Below, piece by piece: positions 1-9,112 of a stretch of DNA of 38,824 nt (position 1 is its first letter; each line of letters begins with the position of its first letter). Under the pieces are notes generated by a model. It saw only the letters and a program-made list of their open reading frames with translations, made no database searches and was not told the origin of the DNA. The DNA is from Smithella sp. (lineage in GTDB: Bacteria > Desulfobacterota > Syntrophia > Syntrophales > Smithellaceae): contig JBEKJX010000013.1 of the NCBI GenBank assembly GCA_050011015.1, forward strand, positions 1-38,824, in the 5' to 3' direction. Position numbers and translations under genes: made by a program.

Positions 1-1132
1 CGGCAACTCCAGCTACGGCTACACCGGTCAATGCAATTCCAATGTTGTCAACGGTTCTTTCGCCGCCGCCGTAAGTTTTTTCGTCAAGCGGTTTTTCCAA
101 CGGCGCCATGGTATCCCAGAATCCGGGTTCGGTGCAGCCGATGCAACCGTGACCAGCCATAATAGGCCAGGAAATACCGTCATTGAAGCGGACTTTCGCG
201 CAATTGGCGTAAGTGTAAGGGCCTTTGCAGCCGACTTTGTAGAGACACCAGCCTTTGAGAGCGCCCTTGTCGCCCCATTCTTCAACGAATTCCGAAGCAT
301 CGTAATGAGGTCTTCTTTCACAATAGTCGTGAATGCGTTTTCCGTAAGCCCAAACGGGTCTTCCTAAGGAATCCAGAGGGGGCAGAGAACCGAACATCAG
401 GAAATGCAGTAATGTTCCGGTGAAGTTTACGGCATTGGGAGGACAACCGGCGATGTTTACTGTGGAAACGCCGATGGCTTTGCTGATGCCGACCGCATCG
501 GTTGGGTTGGGCTTGGCAGCTTGAATATTCCCATAGGCTGAGCAGGACCCGATACAAACAACCGCTGCTGCTTTGGTAGCGACTTCTTTGGCAACCTGGA
601 TGCCCGTTTTTCCTTTGGGACCAAGAGTCAGATACTTGCCGTTAAGACCGCGGGGTAAACCGCCTTCGATAACGCAAATGAACTTGCCGTCAAAAGTTTT
701 TACGGCATCTTCCAGATTCTTTTCCGCCTGATAACCGGAAGCGGCCATCAGGGTTTCATGATATTCCAGCGAAATGGTTTCCAGCAGGATATCATCGACA
801 TTCGGATACGATGAACGCAGGAATGCTTCAGAGCAACCGGTACACTCGGCAAAATGCAGCCAGACGACAGGAAGACGGCTGAAATTTTCCGCCGCTTTGG
901 CGACCATAGGTCTGAAAATTGGCGGCAGCATTAAAGCCGCAGTCATTGCCGACGTCCATTTAACAAAATCTCTTCGGCTAAAGCCTCGTTCTTTTAATAG
1001 TTCGTGGAGATCTTCTTTCGGTTCAGGCAGATTTTTTTCAACCTGTTCCATGTGAAGTTGACAATGCTTCATTAGATCCTTGTATTGCTTGTCAATCATC
1101 TTTTTATATTCGGAATTATTTCCTTTTGCCAT
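1..1132 (-). CDS. [NiFe] hydrogenase small subunit, C-terminally truncated by the left window edge (not in the ORF track because no stop lies in the window)
   Basis: Own translation from ATG at 1132-1130, with SD GGGGGA just upstream. N-terminus MAKGNNSEYKK...ERGFSRRDFVKWTSAMTAAL is a twin-arginine signal. Downstream blocks: VVWLHFAECTGCSEAFLRS, ICVIEGG, CIGSCSAYGNIQAAKPNPT, NIAGCPPN, GWCLYKVGCKGPYTYANC, GHGCIGCTEPGFWD. These are the Cys motifs typical of small-subunit Fe-S clusters. Confidence 0.9.
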   Translation of the reverse strand, partial: MAKGNNSEYKKMIDKQYKDLMKHCQLHMEQVEKNLPEPKEDLHELLKERGFSRRDFVKWTSAMTAALMLPPIFRPMVAKAAENFSRLPVVWLHFAECTGCSEAFLRSSYPNVDDILLETISLEYHETLMAASGYQAEKNLEDAVKTFDGKFICVIEGGLPRGLNGKYLTLGPKGKTGIQVAKEVATKAAAVVCIGSCSAYGNIQAAKPNPTDAVGISKAIGVSTVNIAGCPPNAVNFTGTLLHFLMFGSLPPLDSLGRPVWAYGKRIHDYCERRPHYDASEFVEEWGDKGALKGWCLYKVGCKGPYTYANCAKVRFNDGISWPIMAGHGCIGCTEPGFWDTMAPLEKPLDEKTYGGGERTVDNIGIALTGVAVAGVA

Positions 1133-1273
1133 ACTTCCCCCTTTCAATATTTTAGGCTGTTCCCTCGGGTGAAACAAGCCAATTCGATCACGGTTAGAAA
1201 GAACCTCAGTCAAAAAAATGTTGAGACAATTTGCTCTTATTTTGATGATAACTTCATTATAAAAGCCTATTAA

Positions 1274-1294
1274 ATAATGACTGACGTTCATTAT
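1274..1294. promoter_or_regulatory. Inverted repeat ATAATGA-N7-TCATTAT with Fur-box-like half sites, about 140 nt upstream of the hydrogenase start
   Basis: Perfect 7-bp arms read directly from the sequence. The arms resemble the outer parts of the GATAATGATAATCATTATC Fur consensus, but the spacer is longer. Confidence 0.25.
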
Positions 1295-1633
1295 CAGAAA
1301 AAAAGATATCTGTAAATAAAAAATTAATAAAAAAATAATATGGACATAAAATAAAGTATCAATTTGAAATAACATTACTTTTTACTAAGATTAAACAGAA
1401 AATCATCCCCGAAAGCAACCGGAAACCAAAATCAGGACAGTAATTATAGTGGTACAGTTACCTGACAGTGAATGGTAACGCTATTCCTGATTTAACCTTT
1501 CTTGCCAATTTCCTCCCATCAATAAACGTCTTTTAATCAAAAAGCGGTTATGCTAAAATTGATAACGAAAAAACAGAAAAAAAGTCCTTATGCTATTGTT
1601 CTGCATCAAAACACAATAAACAGGAGAAGGAAA

Positions 1634-1813
1634 ATGAGAAAATACTCTCTGGAATGGAAAAAGGAAAAAAGAAAGTGGATAGAGAAACACACTAAACTTA
1701 ATGGTGAAGTGTATTGGTCAATACACTATATGCAATATGATACTGAATATTTAAACGGAGAATTCTATTCGGAAGAATCAGCCCTGGAAGCTTTAAAAAA
1801 TTATAATGTGTGA
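1634..1813 (+). CDS. Small hypothetical protein (59 aa, Lys/Trp-rich N-terminus)
   Basis: Internal ATG of the 1550..1813 ORF, preceded by a strong SD (CAGGAGAAGGAAA-ATG). No recognisable domain. Lies in an AT-rich intergenic region. Confidence 0.3.
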   Translation: MRKYSLEWKKEKRKWIEKHTKLNGEVYWSIHYMQYDTEYLNGEFYSEESALEALKNYNV

Positions 1814-2009
1814 GGGGAATATAAAAGCGGAGCATGTAAACTAATCTGTGTAAATGAAAAAAGAGGAAAGATTATGGCGCGTGAACACTCTGGGGAATAG
1901 TTGCGAACGGCCGGTCTAAAATATTCAGTTTAATCCAAATTCGTTATTTGCCCCGATTGTTTAAAAAGATTGTATTCATTATTGTATTAATACGGAAGAA
2001 GGCAATCTT

Positions 2010-4859
2010 ATGAACAGTAATCCAATAAATATTAATCCTGATGGTTCACCCGATGCTTCAATGGATGTTTTGCTCAAAGCTATTAAAGGGCTTGTTATCG
2101 AGCTTCATCCATCATGGCCGAAAACACGGCAGGTTTTAGCCGATAGTCTGCTGTCACAAGACCTGGGTCTGGACAGTCTGGCTCGAGTGGAACTCCTTGC
2201 GCGCGTTGAAAAAATTCTGGGTGTAACTCTTCCGGAACAGATATTCATCGAGGCGGAAACACCACGCGATCTTTGGCAGGCAATCATCAAGGGCGGTTAT
2301 TCCCTGACTTCTGCCGCCACCGGGGAAATCAGTGCGCCGGAAATGGGTGAAGCGCATGAATTGCCTCACAGAGCCCAAACATTGGCAGATGTCCTGAACT
2401 GGCATCTGGAGGTTCATCCGGACAGACCGCACATCCGTTTATACAGCGATGAAGGCGATGGAGAAATTTTAACCTACCGGCAGTTGGGCGATGGTGCGCA
2501 GGCCGTGGCCGCAGGCCTCCAGGACAAAGGACTTCTGCCTGGAGATTCTGTTTCCATCATGTTGCCCACAGGCCGGGAATATTTTTTTACTTTTATGGGC
2601 ATTTTACTTGCGGGGGGTATCCCTGTGCCCATCTATCCGCCGTTTCGCATGAATCAGCTTGAAGATCATCTGCGGCGTCACAGCGCCATTCTCAAAAACT
2701 GTGGCGCAAAGATAATGGTTACAATTCCGGAGGCCAAGCGCTTTGCCCAGATTCTAAAATCGCAGGTGGAAAGCATGCACACTCTGGCGACTTTTCAGGA
2801 ATTAACTTCTGTCGTTACAACGTATGAAAAATTCAACCCGGCCATGAATGACATTGCTTTTCTCCAATATACGTCCGGCAGTACCGGAAACCCTAAAGGA
2901 GTAATGCTCACCCATGCCAATCTGCTTGCCAATATCCGCGCGTTGGGCGAAGTTGTGCGGGTGAAATCCACGGATATAATCGTAAGTTGGCTGCCGCTGT
3001 ATCATGACATGGGTCTGATTGGAACGTGGTTTTCCAGTCTTTATTATGCCGCCATGTTGATAGTGATGTCTCCGCTTAGTTTCATCTCGCGGCCGCAGCG
3101 CTGGTTATGGGCCATTCATCGCTACAGAGGCACTATTTCGGCCGCCCCTAATTTTGCCTATGAATTATGTCTGAAAAGGTTGGCCGATAATGATCTTCAA
3201 GGACTTGATCTGTCCTCATGGAGAATAGCCTGCAATGGAGCAGAACCGGTAAGCCCTGACACCGTAGAGAATTTCTGCCGGCAATTCGGCAAGTATGGCT
3301 TTAAGCGAGAGACCTTAATGCCCGTATACGGTCTGGCTGAATGCTCAGTCGGTCTTGCTTTTCCACCCATTGATCGCGGCCCGCTTGTTGATAGAATTAA
3401 TCGTGATATTTTTGTCAATACCGGCCATGCTGTACCGTCCGCGGAAGCCGACGACCATGTTTTGCGATTTGTTGCCTGCGGTCATCCGTTGCCCGGCCAT
3501 GAGGTGCGTATTGTAGACAGCGCAGACCGGGAATTGCCGGAACGATACGAGGGCCGGCTGCATTTCCGGGGACCATCGGCAACAGCCGGCTATTTTCACA
3601 ACACCGAAGATACAAAGCAGCTGTTTCATGACAACTGGCTTGATTCCGGTGACATGGCTTATATTGCGGGCGGGGATATATTTATTACGGGACGCAAAAA
3701 AGACATTATCATTCGCGCGGGACGAAACATCTATCCGCAGGAATTAGAAGAAGCTGTGGGCAAGGTTGCCGGTATCAGGAAAGGCAATGTGGTTGTGTTT
3801 GCCACAGAGGACAGCGCCAACCGGACAGAGAAATTAGTAGTCATGGCGGAAACGCGGGAAGAGAATCCAGAAAAGTTAAATGCCTTGCGCGGGGAAATCA
3901 ATACTCTGGCTATGGATCTGGTGGGAACCGCGGCGGATGAAGTGGTTCTGGCGCCGCCGGGAACCGTTCTTAAGACATCCAGCGGAAAGATACGCCGGGC
4001 CGCGAACCGCAGTCTTTATGAAAGCGGTAAGATCGGCAAAAGTTATAAGGCTGCATGGTGGCAAATAGTGCGCATTGCCGCGTCCGGAGTTGGGCCGGAA
4101 CTCAGGCGCATGTGGCATGGTGTGCTAAGCGGAATTTATGCGGCCTATTGCTGGATGCTGTTCTTTATCGTTTCTCCAATTGCCTGGTTAGCGGTTGTGT
4201 TGCTTCCGAAGTTAGACTGGCGATGGGCTGTAATGAGAAGGCTGGCGCGTTTTCTGGCAAGCGCTTCATTCACGCCGCTTATCGTGCAGGGAGCGGAAAA
4301 TCTATCCGGAAAAGGTTCTTATATATTAGTATCCAATCATGCCAGTTATCTGGATAATTTTGCTGTGATTGCCGTGCTGCCGCTGGAATTCAGCTTTGTA
4401 GCCAAGGCAGAACTGAGAAGAAGTTTTCTGGCGCGACTATTCCTGAAACGCATTCAAGCGGAATATGCCGAACGGTTCGATAAACAAAGAGGTGTTGACG
4501 ATGCCCGCCGCATTATCGCCGAAGCACGCAAAGGACGCAATCTACTTTTTTTTGCAGAGGGGACTTTTACCCGCATTCCGGGACTCCGTCCTTTTCACAT
4601 GGGGGCATTTGAAACGGCGGTTGATGCTGATATGCCGGTTGTTCCTGTCGCGATTCGAGGCACACGTTCCATGTTGCGTGATGTAAGTAAATTCCCCCGG
4701 CGCGGCACAATTACCATAACAATTGGAAAACCCATTGCGCCCGGCAGTGTGCAAGATTTTGCCAGGCCGGATTCGTGGACAACAGCAATAAAACTGCGCG
4801 ATGCCGCCCGTGAATATATTCTTCGACACTGTGGCGAACCTGATCTTGCCGGCCAATGA
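2010..4859 (+). CDS. Tri-domain fusion: acyl carrier domain, fatty-acyl-AMP ligase/acyl-ACP synthetase (AMP-binding), TM segments, 1-acylglycerol-3-phosphate-type acyltransferase (PlsC/LPLAT)
   Basis: Carrier-domain motif DLGLDSLARVELL, with Ser56 at nt 2175-2177. Adenylation motifs LQYTSGSTGNPKGV, WLPLYHDMGLIG (FAAL-like), SGDMAY...GRKKDIIIRAGRNIYPQELE and TSSGKIRR. Hydrophobic stretch GIYAAYCWMLFFIVSPIAWLAVVLLP. Acyltransferase motifs NHASYLD (HX4D, nt 4338-4355), FAEGTFTR and PVVPVAIRG. Confidence 0.9.
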   Translation: MNSNPININPDGSPDASMDVLLKAIKGLVIELHPSWPKTRQVLADSLLSQDLGLDSLARVELLARVEKILGVTLPEQIFIEAETPRDLWQAIIKGGYSLTSAATGEISAPEMGEAHELPHRAQTLADVLNWHLEVHPDRPHIRLYSDEGDGEILTYRQLGDGAQAVAAGLQDKGLLPGDSVSIMLPTGREYFFTFMGILLAGGIPVPIYPPFRMNQLEDHLRRHSAILKNCGAKIMVTIPEAKRFAQILKSQVESMHTLATFQELTSVVTTYEKFNPAMNDIAFLQYTSGSTGNPKGVMLTHANLLANIRALGEVVRVKSTDIIVSWLPLYHDMGLIGTWFSSLYYAAMLIVMSPLSFISRPQRWLWAIHRYRGTISAAPNFAYELCLKRLADNDLQGLDLSSWRIACNGAEPVSPDTVENFCRQFGKYGFKRETLMPVYGLAECSVGLAFPPIDRGPLVDRINRDIFVNTGHAVPSAEADDHVLRFVACGHPLPGHEVRIVDSADRELPERYEGRLHFRGPSATAGYFHNTEDTKQLFHDNWLDSGDMAYIAGGDIFITGRKKDIIIRAGRNIYPQELEEAVGKVAGIRKGNVVVFATEDSANRTEKLVVMAETREENPEKLNALRGEINTLAMDLVGTAADEVVLAPPGTVLKTSSGKIRRAANRSLYESGKIGKSYKAAWWQIVRIAASGVGPELRRMWHGVLSGIYAAYCWMLFFIVSPIAWLAVVLLPKLDWRWAVMRRLARFLASASFTPLIVQGAENLSGKGSYILVSNHASYLDNFAVIAVLPLEFSFVAKAELRRSFLARLFLKRIQAEYAERFDKQRGVDDARRIIAEARKGRNLLFFAEGTFTRIPGLRPFHMGAFETAVDADMPVVPVAIRGTRSMLRDVSKFPRRGTITITIGKPIAPGSVQDFARPDSWTTAIKLRDAAREYILRHCGEPDLAGQ

Positions 4860-4878
4860 TCATGCACAGACAAGAAAA

Positions 4879-5050
4879 TAAGATTTAAGTAATTAAGGAT
4901 TAAGTAATTAAGGGTGAAGGGTGAAACGTGAAGCACTTTTGTCACTTCGAACGAATGTGAGAAGTCCTTAAGATTCCTCACGGGTCTGCGGCGGTTCGGA
5001 ATGGCATTTTTAAGTTTTAAGTTCAACGTAGAACATAGAACGTTTTAAGG
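4879..5050. repeat. Intergenic TTAAG-rich / GTGAAG-rich repeat element, copy 1 of 3
   Basis: Reads taagatttaagtaattaaggattaagtaattaag, then gggtgaagggtgaaacgtgaag, then scattered cttaag/ttttaag units. Lies between convergent genes. Related to the elements at 27239-27348 and 29274-29330. Confidence 0.6.
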
Positions 5051-5104
5051 ACGGAGTGACTGCAGATAGCCGATAGCTGAAAGCCTGTTGTGATCCGGCC
5101 ATGT

Positions 5105-6184
5105 TTAGCGTGATTTTAGATATTTTTCCACCCGATGAAGGCCTTCCTCGATCTTATCCACATCGAGGGCATAGGAGAAGCGCACACGATCCGGCGCCCC
5201 GAACCACTCGCCCAGATAGGTGATAACCTGATAGTCATAAAACATATCCCGGACAAAGCCTCGCGGATTATCGATCTTCGGAAGAACATAAAAGGCCCCT
5301 TCCGGCTTCCAGAGATCAAGCCCGAGCTCGACCATGCCTTTGTAAATCATGTCTCTGCGCGATTCCCAGATGATGAGCTGCTCGTCAATATAGCGCTTGG
5401 GCACCGTCGTGGCGGTATAGGCCATTTCCTGAGCGATGATGCTTGTGTTCATGGAAGTATGCGACTTCATTTCAATGACCGCCTTCACCAGTTCCTTATC
5501 CAGCGACCAGAGGTACCCGACCCGCAGGCCCGTCATGGCAAAAGTTTTTGAAAATGAATTGATGGTGACCACATGATGTCCTTTGATCAGATAGTTTTCC
5601 CGGACATAAATCAGATCCTTGTAAACCTCATCGGACAGGATATAGACACCATACTGTTCAGTAATTTTCTCAATAGCCTTCAGAGTCTCTATCGCCTCGA
5701 CCCGGCCGGTGGGGTTTGAAGGCGAATTAATGAGCACGGCCTTGCAGTCTTTGATCTTGCTTGCAAAATCCTCATACACAATCCGGCCTTCCTTCAGATC
5801 TGTGAAGACAGGTTCGAATCCGGCATACTGGGCCAGGGGAAGATAGGAATAATAATAGGGGCGGCAAATCAGACATTTCGGTTTTTTGCCGTTCTTTTTC
5901 ATATGGAGCCAGGCAATGGCTCTCAGCGACAGATCAAGGGCTTCGGAGGCGCCATTGGTAATCACAAAGCTGTCCGCCGTGGAGCGCGGATACTGTTTAG
6001 CCAGGGCATCCCGCAGGTTCTTCTGGCCCTGGATGAGCCCGTATTTAAAGCCGCTGTAATCCGGCAGGATGTCGTAAACCTCTTTTGGCGGCGGCAGATC
6101 GGGCTGACCGGAGCCGAACGAAATGATTCCCTCGCCCCCAACGCCAATGAACATAGCCGCCGTCATATTTTTATCTTTACTCAC
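5105..6184 (-). CDS. Class I/II pyridoxal-phosphate-dependent aminotransferase
   Basis: PLP-lysine motif SFSKTFAMTGLRVGY, plus SPSNPTG and ITNGASEAL blocks. The ORF-track start at 6211 is TTG. GTG at 6184 has SD AGAGG 7 nt upstream. ATG at 6166 is an alternative start. Confidence 0.85.
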   Translation of the reverse strand: MSKDKNMTAAMFIGVGGEGIISFGSGQPDLPPPKEVYDILPDYSGFKYGLIQGQKNLRDALAKQYPRSTADSFVITNGASEALDLSLRAIAWLHMKKNGKKPKCLICRPYYYSYLPLAQYAGFEPVFTDLKEGRIVYEDFASKIKDCKAVLINSPSNPTGRVEAIETLKAIEKITEQYGVYILSDEVYKDLIYVRENYLIKGHHVVTINSFSKTFAMTGLRVGYLWSLDKELVKAVIEMKSHTSMNTSIIAQEMAYTATTVPKRYIDEQLIIWESRRDMIYKGMVELGLDLWKPEGAFYVLPKIDNPRGFVRDMFYDYQVITYLGEWFGAPDRVRFSYALDVDKIEEGLHRVEKYLKSR

Positions 6185-6261
6185 GATTTTACCTCTGTAA
6201 AAAATGTGCAATTTTAAATGCTAACACATAATAATTTATCATTCCATGGAATTTATTTTAC

Positions 6262-6292
6262 TTGACATGATATAATAGACTGGTCTATTATA
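6262..6292. promoter_or_regulatory. Putative promoter (TTGACA, 18-nt spacer, TATTAT) overlapped by a perfect 10-bp inverted repeat TATAATAGAC-tg-GTCTATTATA; likely TetR operator
   Basis: Palindrome at 6271-6292 read directly. It sits in the divergent intergenic region between the aminotransferase (minus) and the TetR gene (plus). TetR-family operators are typically such palindromes. Confidence 0.5.
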
Positions 6293-6456
6293 TAGGTGAT
6301 TTAAGCGCATGGCAAAAGAACAAGGACAGTGGAGAGATTACCACAACGTCTTAGAGACGTCCCGTAATGACAGACGATTTAGAATCCTTCATCCACCTTT
6401 GTCACATAGGCGAGGTATTATTACTTAGAGGATTATAACATAAGGGATTTAAGCTT

Positions 6457-7041
6457 ATGGCAAAAGAAGCAACAAGACAGGCTATCATCCAAAAAGGCGC
6501 GAAGCTCATTCATTCTAGGGGATTTGTAAACACCGGTATTCAGGAAATTATTTCTGCCGCCGGAGTTCCCAAGGGATCATTTTATTTTTATTTCAAGAAT
6601 AAGGATGATTTTGGCGCTGGTGTGATCGACCATTTTTCCGATCTTGTCATCTCATGGTTCGAAAAGTACAGCCAAGACCATACTCTTCCACCGCTTGTCA
6701 GATTGGAACGTTTCTTTGATGACAGTAATCACTTTTACGAAAAGATCGGGTTCACCTGCGGATGCCCCATTGGCAATCTTTCGCAGGAAATGAGCGATTT
6801 GAGCGAGCCGATGCGGAGCAAACTTTCTGACGCTTATAGCCGCATTCGTTCGATTATGAAAAACTGTATTGCCGAAGCCAGGGAGCAGGGGGCTATCAGT
6901 TCAAAAGAAGATGCCGAAGAGTTGGCTGTTTTTGTTCTCAACGGTTGGGAGGGTGCTCTCATTGATATGAAGGTTTCGAAAAGTATCCGCCCGCTCATTA
7001 TATTTAAAAAGGTGCTGTTCGAAAAGATTTTGACCGCATAA
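6457..7041 (+). CDS. TetR/AcrR family transcriptional regulator
   Basis: N-terminal HTH region IIQKGAKLIHSRGFVNTGIQEIISAAGVPKGSFYFYFKNKDD is a classic TetR_N signature. Length is 194 aa. SD is AAGGGA. Confidence 0.9.
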   Translation: MAKEATRQAIIQKGAKLIHSRGFVNTGIQEIISAAGVPKGSFYFYFKNKDDFGAGVIDHFSDLVISWFEKYSQDHTLPPLVRLERFFDDSNHFYEKIGFTCGCPIGNLSQEMSDLSEPMRSKLSDAYSRIRSIMKNCIAEAREQGAISSKEDAEELAVFVLNGWEGALIDMKVSKSIRPLIIFKKVLFEKILTA

Positions 7042-7093
7042 TTTAATAAACTGGAACGATCTCCAGATCACAGACAAAACTGGGAGGATAGTC

Positions 7094-8182
7094 ATGAATG
7101 TTTATGAAGAATTGAGAAGCGTGTTGGATTCGCATCCCACGACAGCGCCGGAATCACCGGCGATATTGGAAATCCTGAGCATCCTATTTACCCCTGACGA
7201 AGCGGTTCTGGCGGCTAAGATGAGTTACAAGCCCTGGCCCGTCGGGAAAATAGCCCAGGCTGGATCGCTGCCGGAAGGCGAGGCGGAAAAGCTTCTCGAA
7301 TCAATGGCCGACAAGGGGATTATCTTCTCTAAGAACAAGGAAGGGAAAAAACTCTACGGTTTGGTGCCGCTTATTCCCGGCATCTTTGAGTTCCCTTTCA
7401 TGAAAATCAAGACGGTTACTTCTCCGATGGAAAAGAGACTGGCCGGGCTCTGGGAGGAATACCATCATGAGGCCCTGGGCGCGTCATTTTCGGGAAATCC
7501 GACGCCGCTTATGCGGGTCATTGCAGTTGATAAGGCGATTCCCGCGGAAAACCGCGTTCATCCCTACGAGGAGGTGAAATACTTTATCAGCAATGCCGCT
7601 TTTATCGCGCTGGCGGACTGCGCATGCCGGATCAGCGTCGGCAAATGCGACAGGCCGAAGGACGTTTGCCTCATCTTTGACGGAGCCGGTGAGTTTCTGG
7701 TGGAGCGCGGTTTCGCCCGCCAGATCACCAAGGAAGAGGGGATGCAGGTGCTCGACCGCGCGGAGAAGGCCGGGCTTGTCCATACCAGTAATAACAGCGC
7801 CGACAGGGCCGGAATGATCTGCAATTGCTGTCCCTGCTGCTGCACCGTTCTGCGCGGCAGGACGCAGGTGAAACATCCCCACGCCTTTGAGACCAGCCGT
7901 TTCGAAGCCAGAATCATAAGCGATGAATGCACCGGCTGCGGCGTCTGCGCCGAGGAGAGGTGTCCGGTAAAGGCTATAGAAATAATAGATGATCTTGCCG
8001 TGGTGAATGTAGCGGAATGTATCGGCTGCGGACTGTGTGTCACGGGCTGTCCGGTGGACGCAATTGAACTCGTCGAGCGGAAGTCGATTCCGGCAGTGCC
8101 CGGCACAACCGTTGAGATGGCGCTTCAGGTCGTTCAGGAAAAGGGCAGGATAGACAATTTTGCCAAAATTATGCAGCGCTGA
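7094..8182 (+). CDS. Uncharacterised Fe-S protein with C-terminal 2x[4Fe-4S] ferredoxin domain and an unusual Cys-dense central motif
   Basis: Ferredoxin motifs CTGCGVCAEERCP and CIGCGLCVTGCP. Upstream Cys cluster DCACRISVGKCDRPKDVC...CNCCPCCC. SD GGGAGG lies before the ATG. Confidence 0.8.
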   Translation: MNVYEELRSVLDSHPTTAPESPAILEILSILFTPDEAVLAAKMSYKPWPVGKIAQAGSLPEGEAEKLLESMADKGIIFSKNKEGKKLYGLVPLIPGIFEFPFMKIKTVTSPMEKRLAGLWEEYHHEALGASFSGNPTPLMRVIAVDKAIPAENRVHPYEEVKYFISNAAFIALADCACRISVGKCDRPKDVCLIFDGAGEFLVERGFARQITKEEGMQVLDRAEKAGLVHTSNNSADRAGMICNCCPCCCTVLRGRTQVKHPHAFETSRFEARIISDECTGCGVCAEERCPVKAIEIIDDLAVVNVAECIGCGLCVTGCPVDAIELVERKSIPAVPGTTVEMALQVVQEKGRIDNFAKIMQR

Positions 8183-8332
8183 GATCATGCCGGCGCCAGG
8201 ATTTATGTGACACTGAAAAGAAAAATCCTGAACTGAATTCGTACGCGAAGGTGTTTGCGCTCGCTGCTGAATTCACTTTCTATAATCGTTGATTTAAAGG
8301 TTTTATAGATATTGAGATGATCCGGGATCAGT

Positions 8333-9085
8333 TTAGCCGTTCGAACGAGTCAGTAACTTTTGCCTGCCTGTCTTTGTTCTCTTCAAGATATTGAAGAGCG
8401 GGACGGGGATGGGTAAAACATTCTTTGAGATTCGTTTCTCCAGCCGCTTCGGTATGAAACCGTTAACCGACAGACACTTTCCCGCTTCTTGAGTGTCCGC
8501 CAGTATCTCTTTCAATTTGCCGTTGTATTCATTATTTCCACCGTTGAACAGCAAAGCGCAACCGTTGCGAACGATAGAGCCGACGTGGGGAGCGTCCATG
8601 AACAAAGAGAAAGCTTCAAAGAACCTTTTGGCGCCGCAGGTTGTTTCCTTTTCTACATTGTCGGCCGTGATTATCGAAACAAACGGGTTGCGCAAAACGT
8701 CTCTTTCCATATCATGGAATAAAAGGTTAGCCTTCGAGAATGTCCTGATGCCTGCTTTGCCTCTGCTGTGAATACGCTCCAGAAACGTCTTTAACTTGCT
8801 TGATATCTGGAAAACATAAATCGGTGTGGCATAGATAATAACATCAGCGCCCTTGCACTTCTCCAGAATGTCTACAAAGTCGTCCTTTTCATCGTGAACG
8901 CAACCATAATGATCCTGCTTTTGGCAGTAATCACAGGCAAGACATGGCCTGATATCGTATTTTGATAATCTGATTGTCTCAACCGCCGCGCCGCATAGCA
9001 CAGCTCCGGCCATGAGAGCATCAATTATCTGCTGAGTGTTTCCGCCGGTTTTCTTGTGCGACGCGTTCAAAGCCAGCAACTTCAT
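8333..9085 (-). CDS. Flavodoxin-like NAD(P)H-dependent FMN reductase / iron-sulfur flavoprotein family
   Basis: N-terminus MKLLALNASHKKTGGNT is a flavodoxin-fold FMN-reductase signature. Cys cluster CLACDYCQKQDHYGC resembles iron-sulfur flavoproteins. Confidence 0.7.
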   Translation of the reverse strand: MKLLALNASHKKTGGNTQQIIDALMAGAVLCGAAVETIRLSKYDIRPCLACDYCQKQDHYGCVHDEKDDFVDILEKCKGADVIIYATPIYVFQISSKLKTFLERIHSRGKAGIRTFSKANLLFHDMERDVLRNPFVSIITADNVEKETTCGAKRFFEAFSLFMDAPHVGSIVRNGCALLFNGGNNEYNGKLKEILADTQEAGKCLSVNGFIPKRLEKRISKNVLPIPVPLFNILKRTKTGRQKLLTRSNG

Positions 9086-9112
9086 TGTCAGCTGTCTCCT
9101 GAAGATTTTCTA

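Noticed and set aside
1550-1633. Longer 87-aa version of the small ORF, starting at 1550
   Set aside because: That start has no SD, whereas the internal ATG at 1634 follows AGGAGAAGG. Even the short version is only weakly supported.
7484-8188. 234-aa and 180-aa minus-strand ORFs inside the Fe-S protein gene
   Set aside because: They are antisense shadows of a GC-rich coding region with clear ferredoxin motifs on the plus strand. No recognisable domains.
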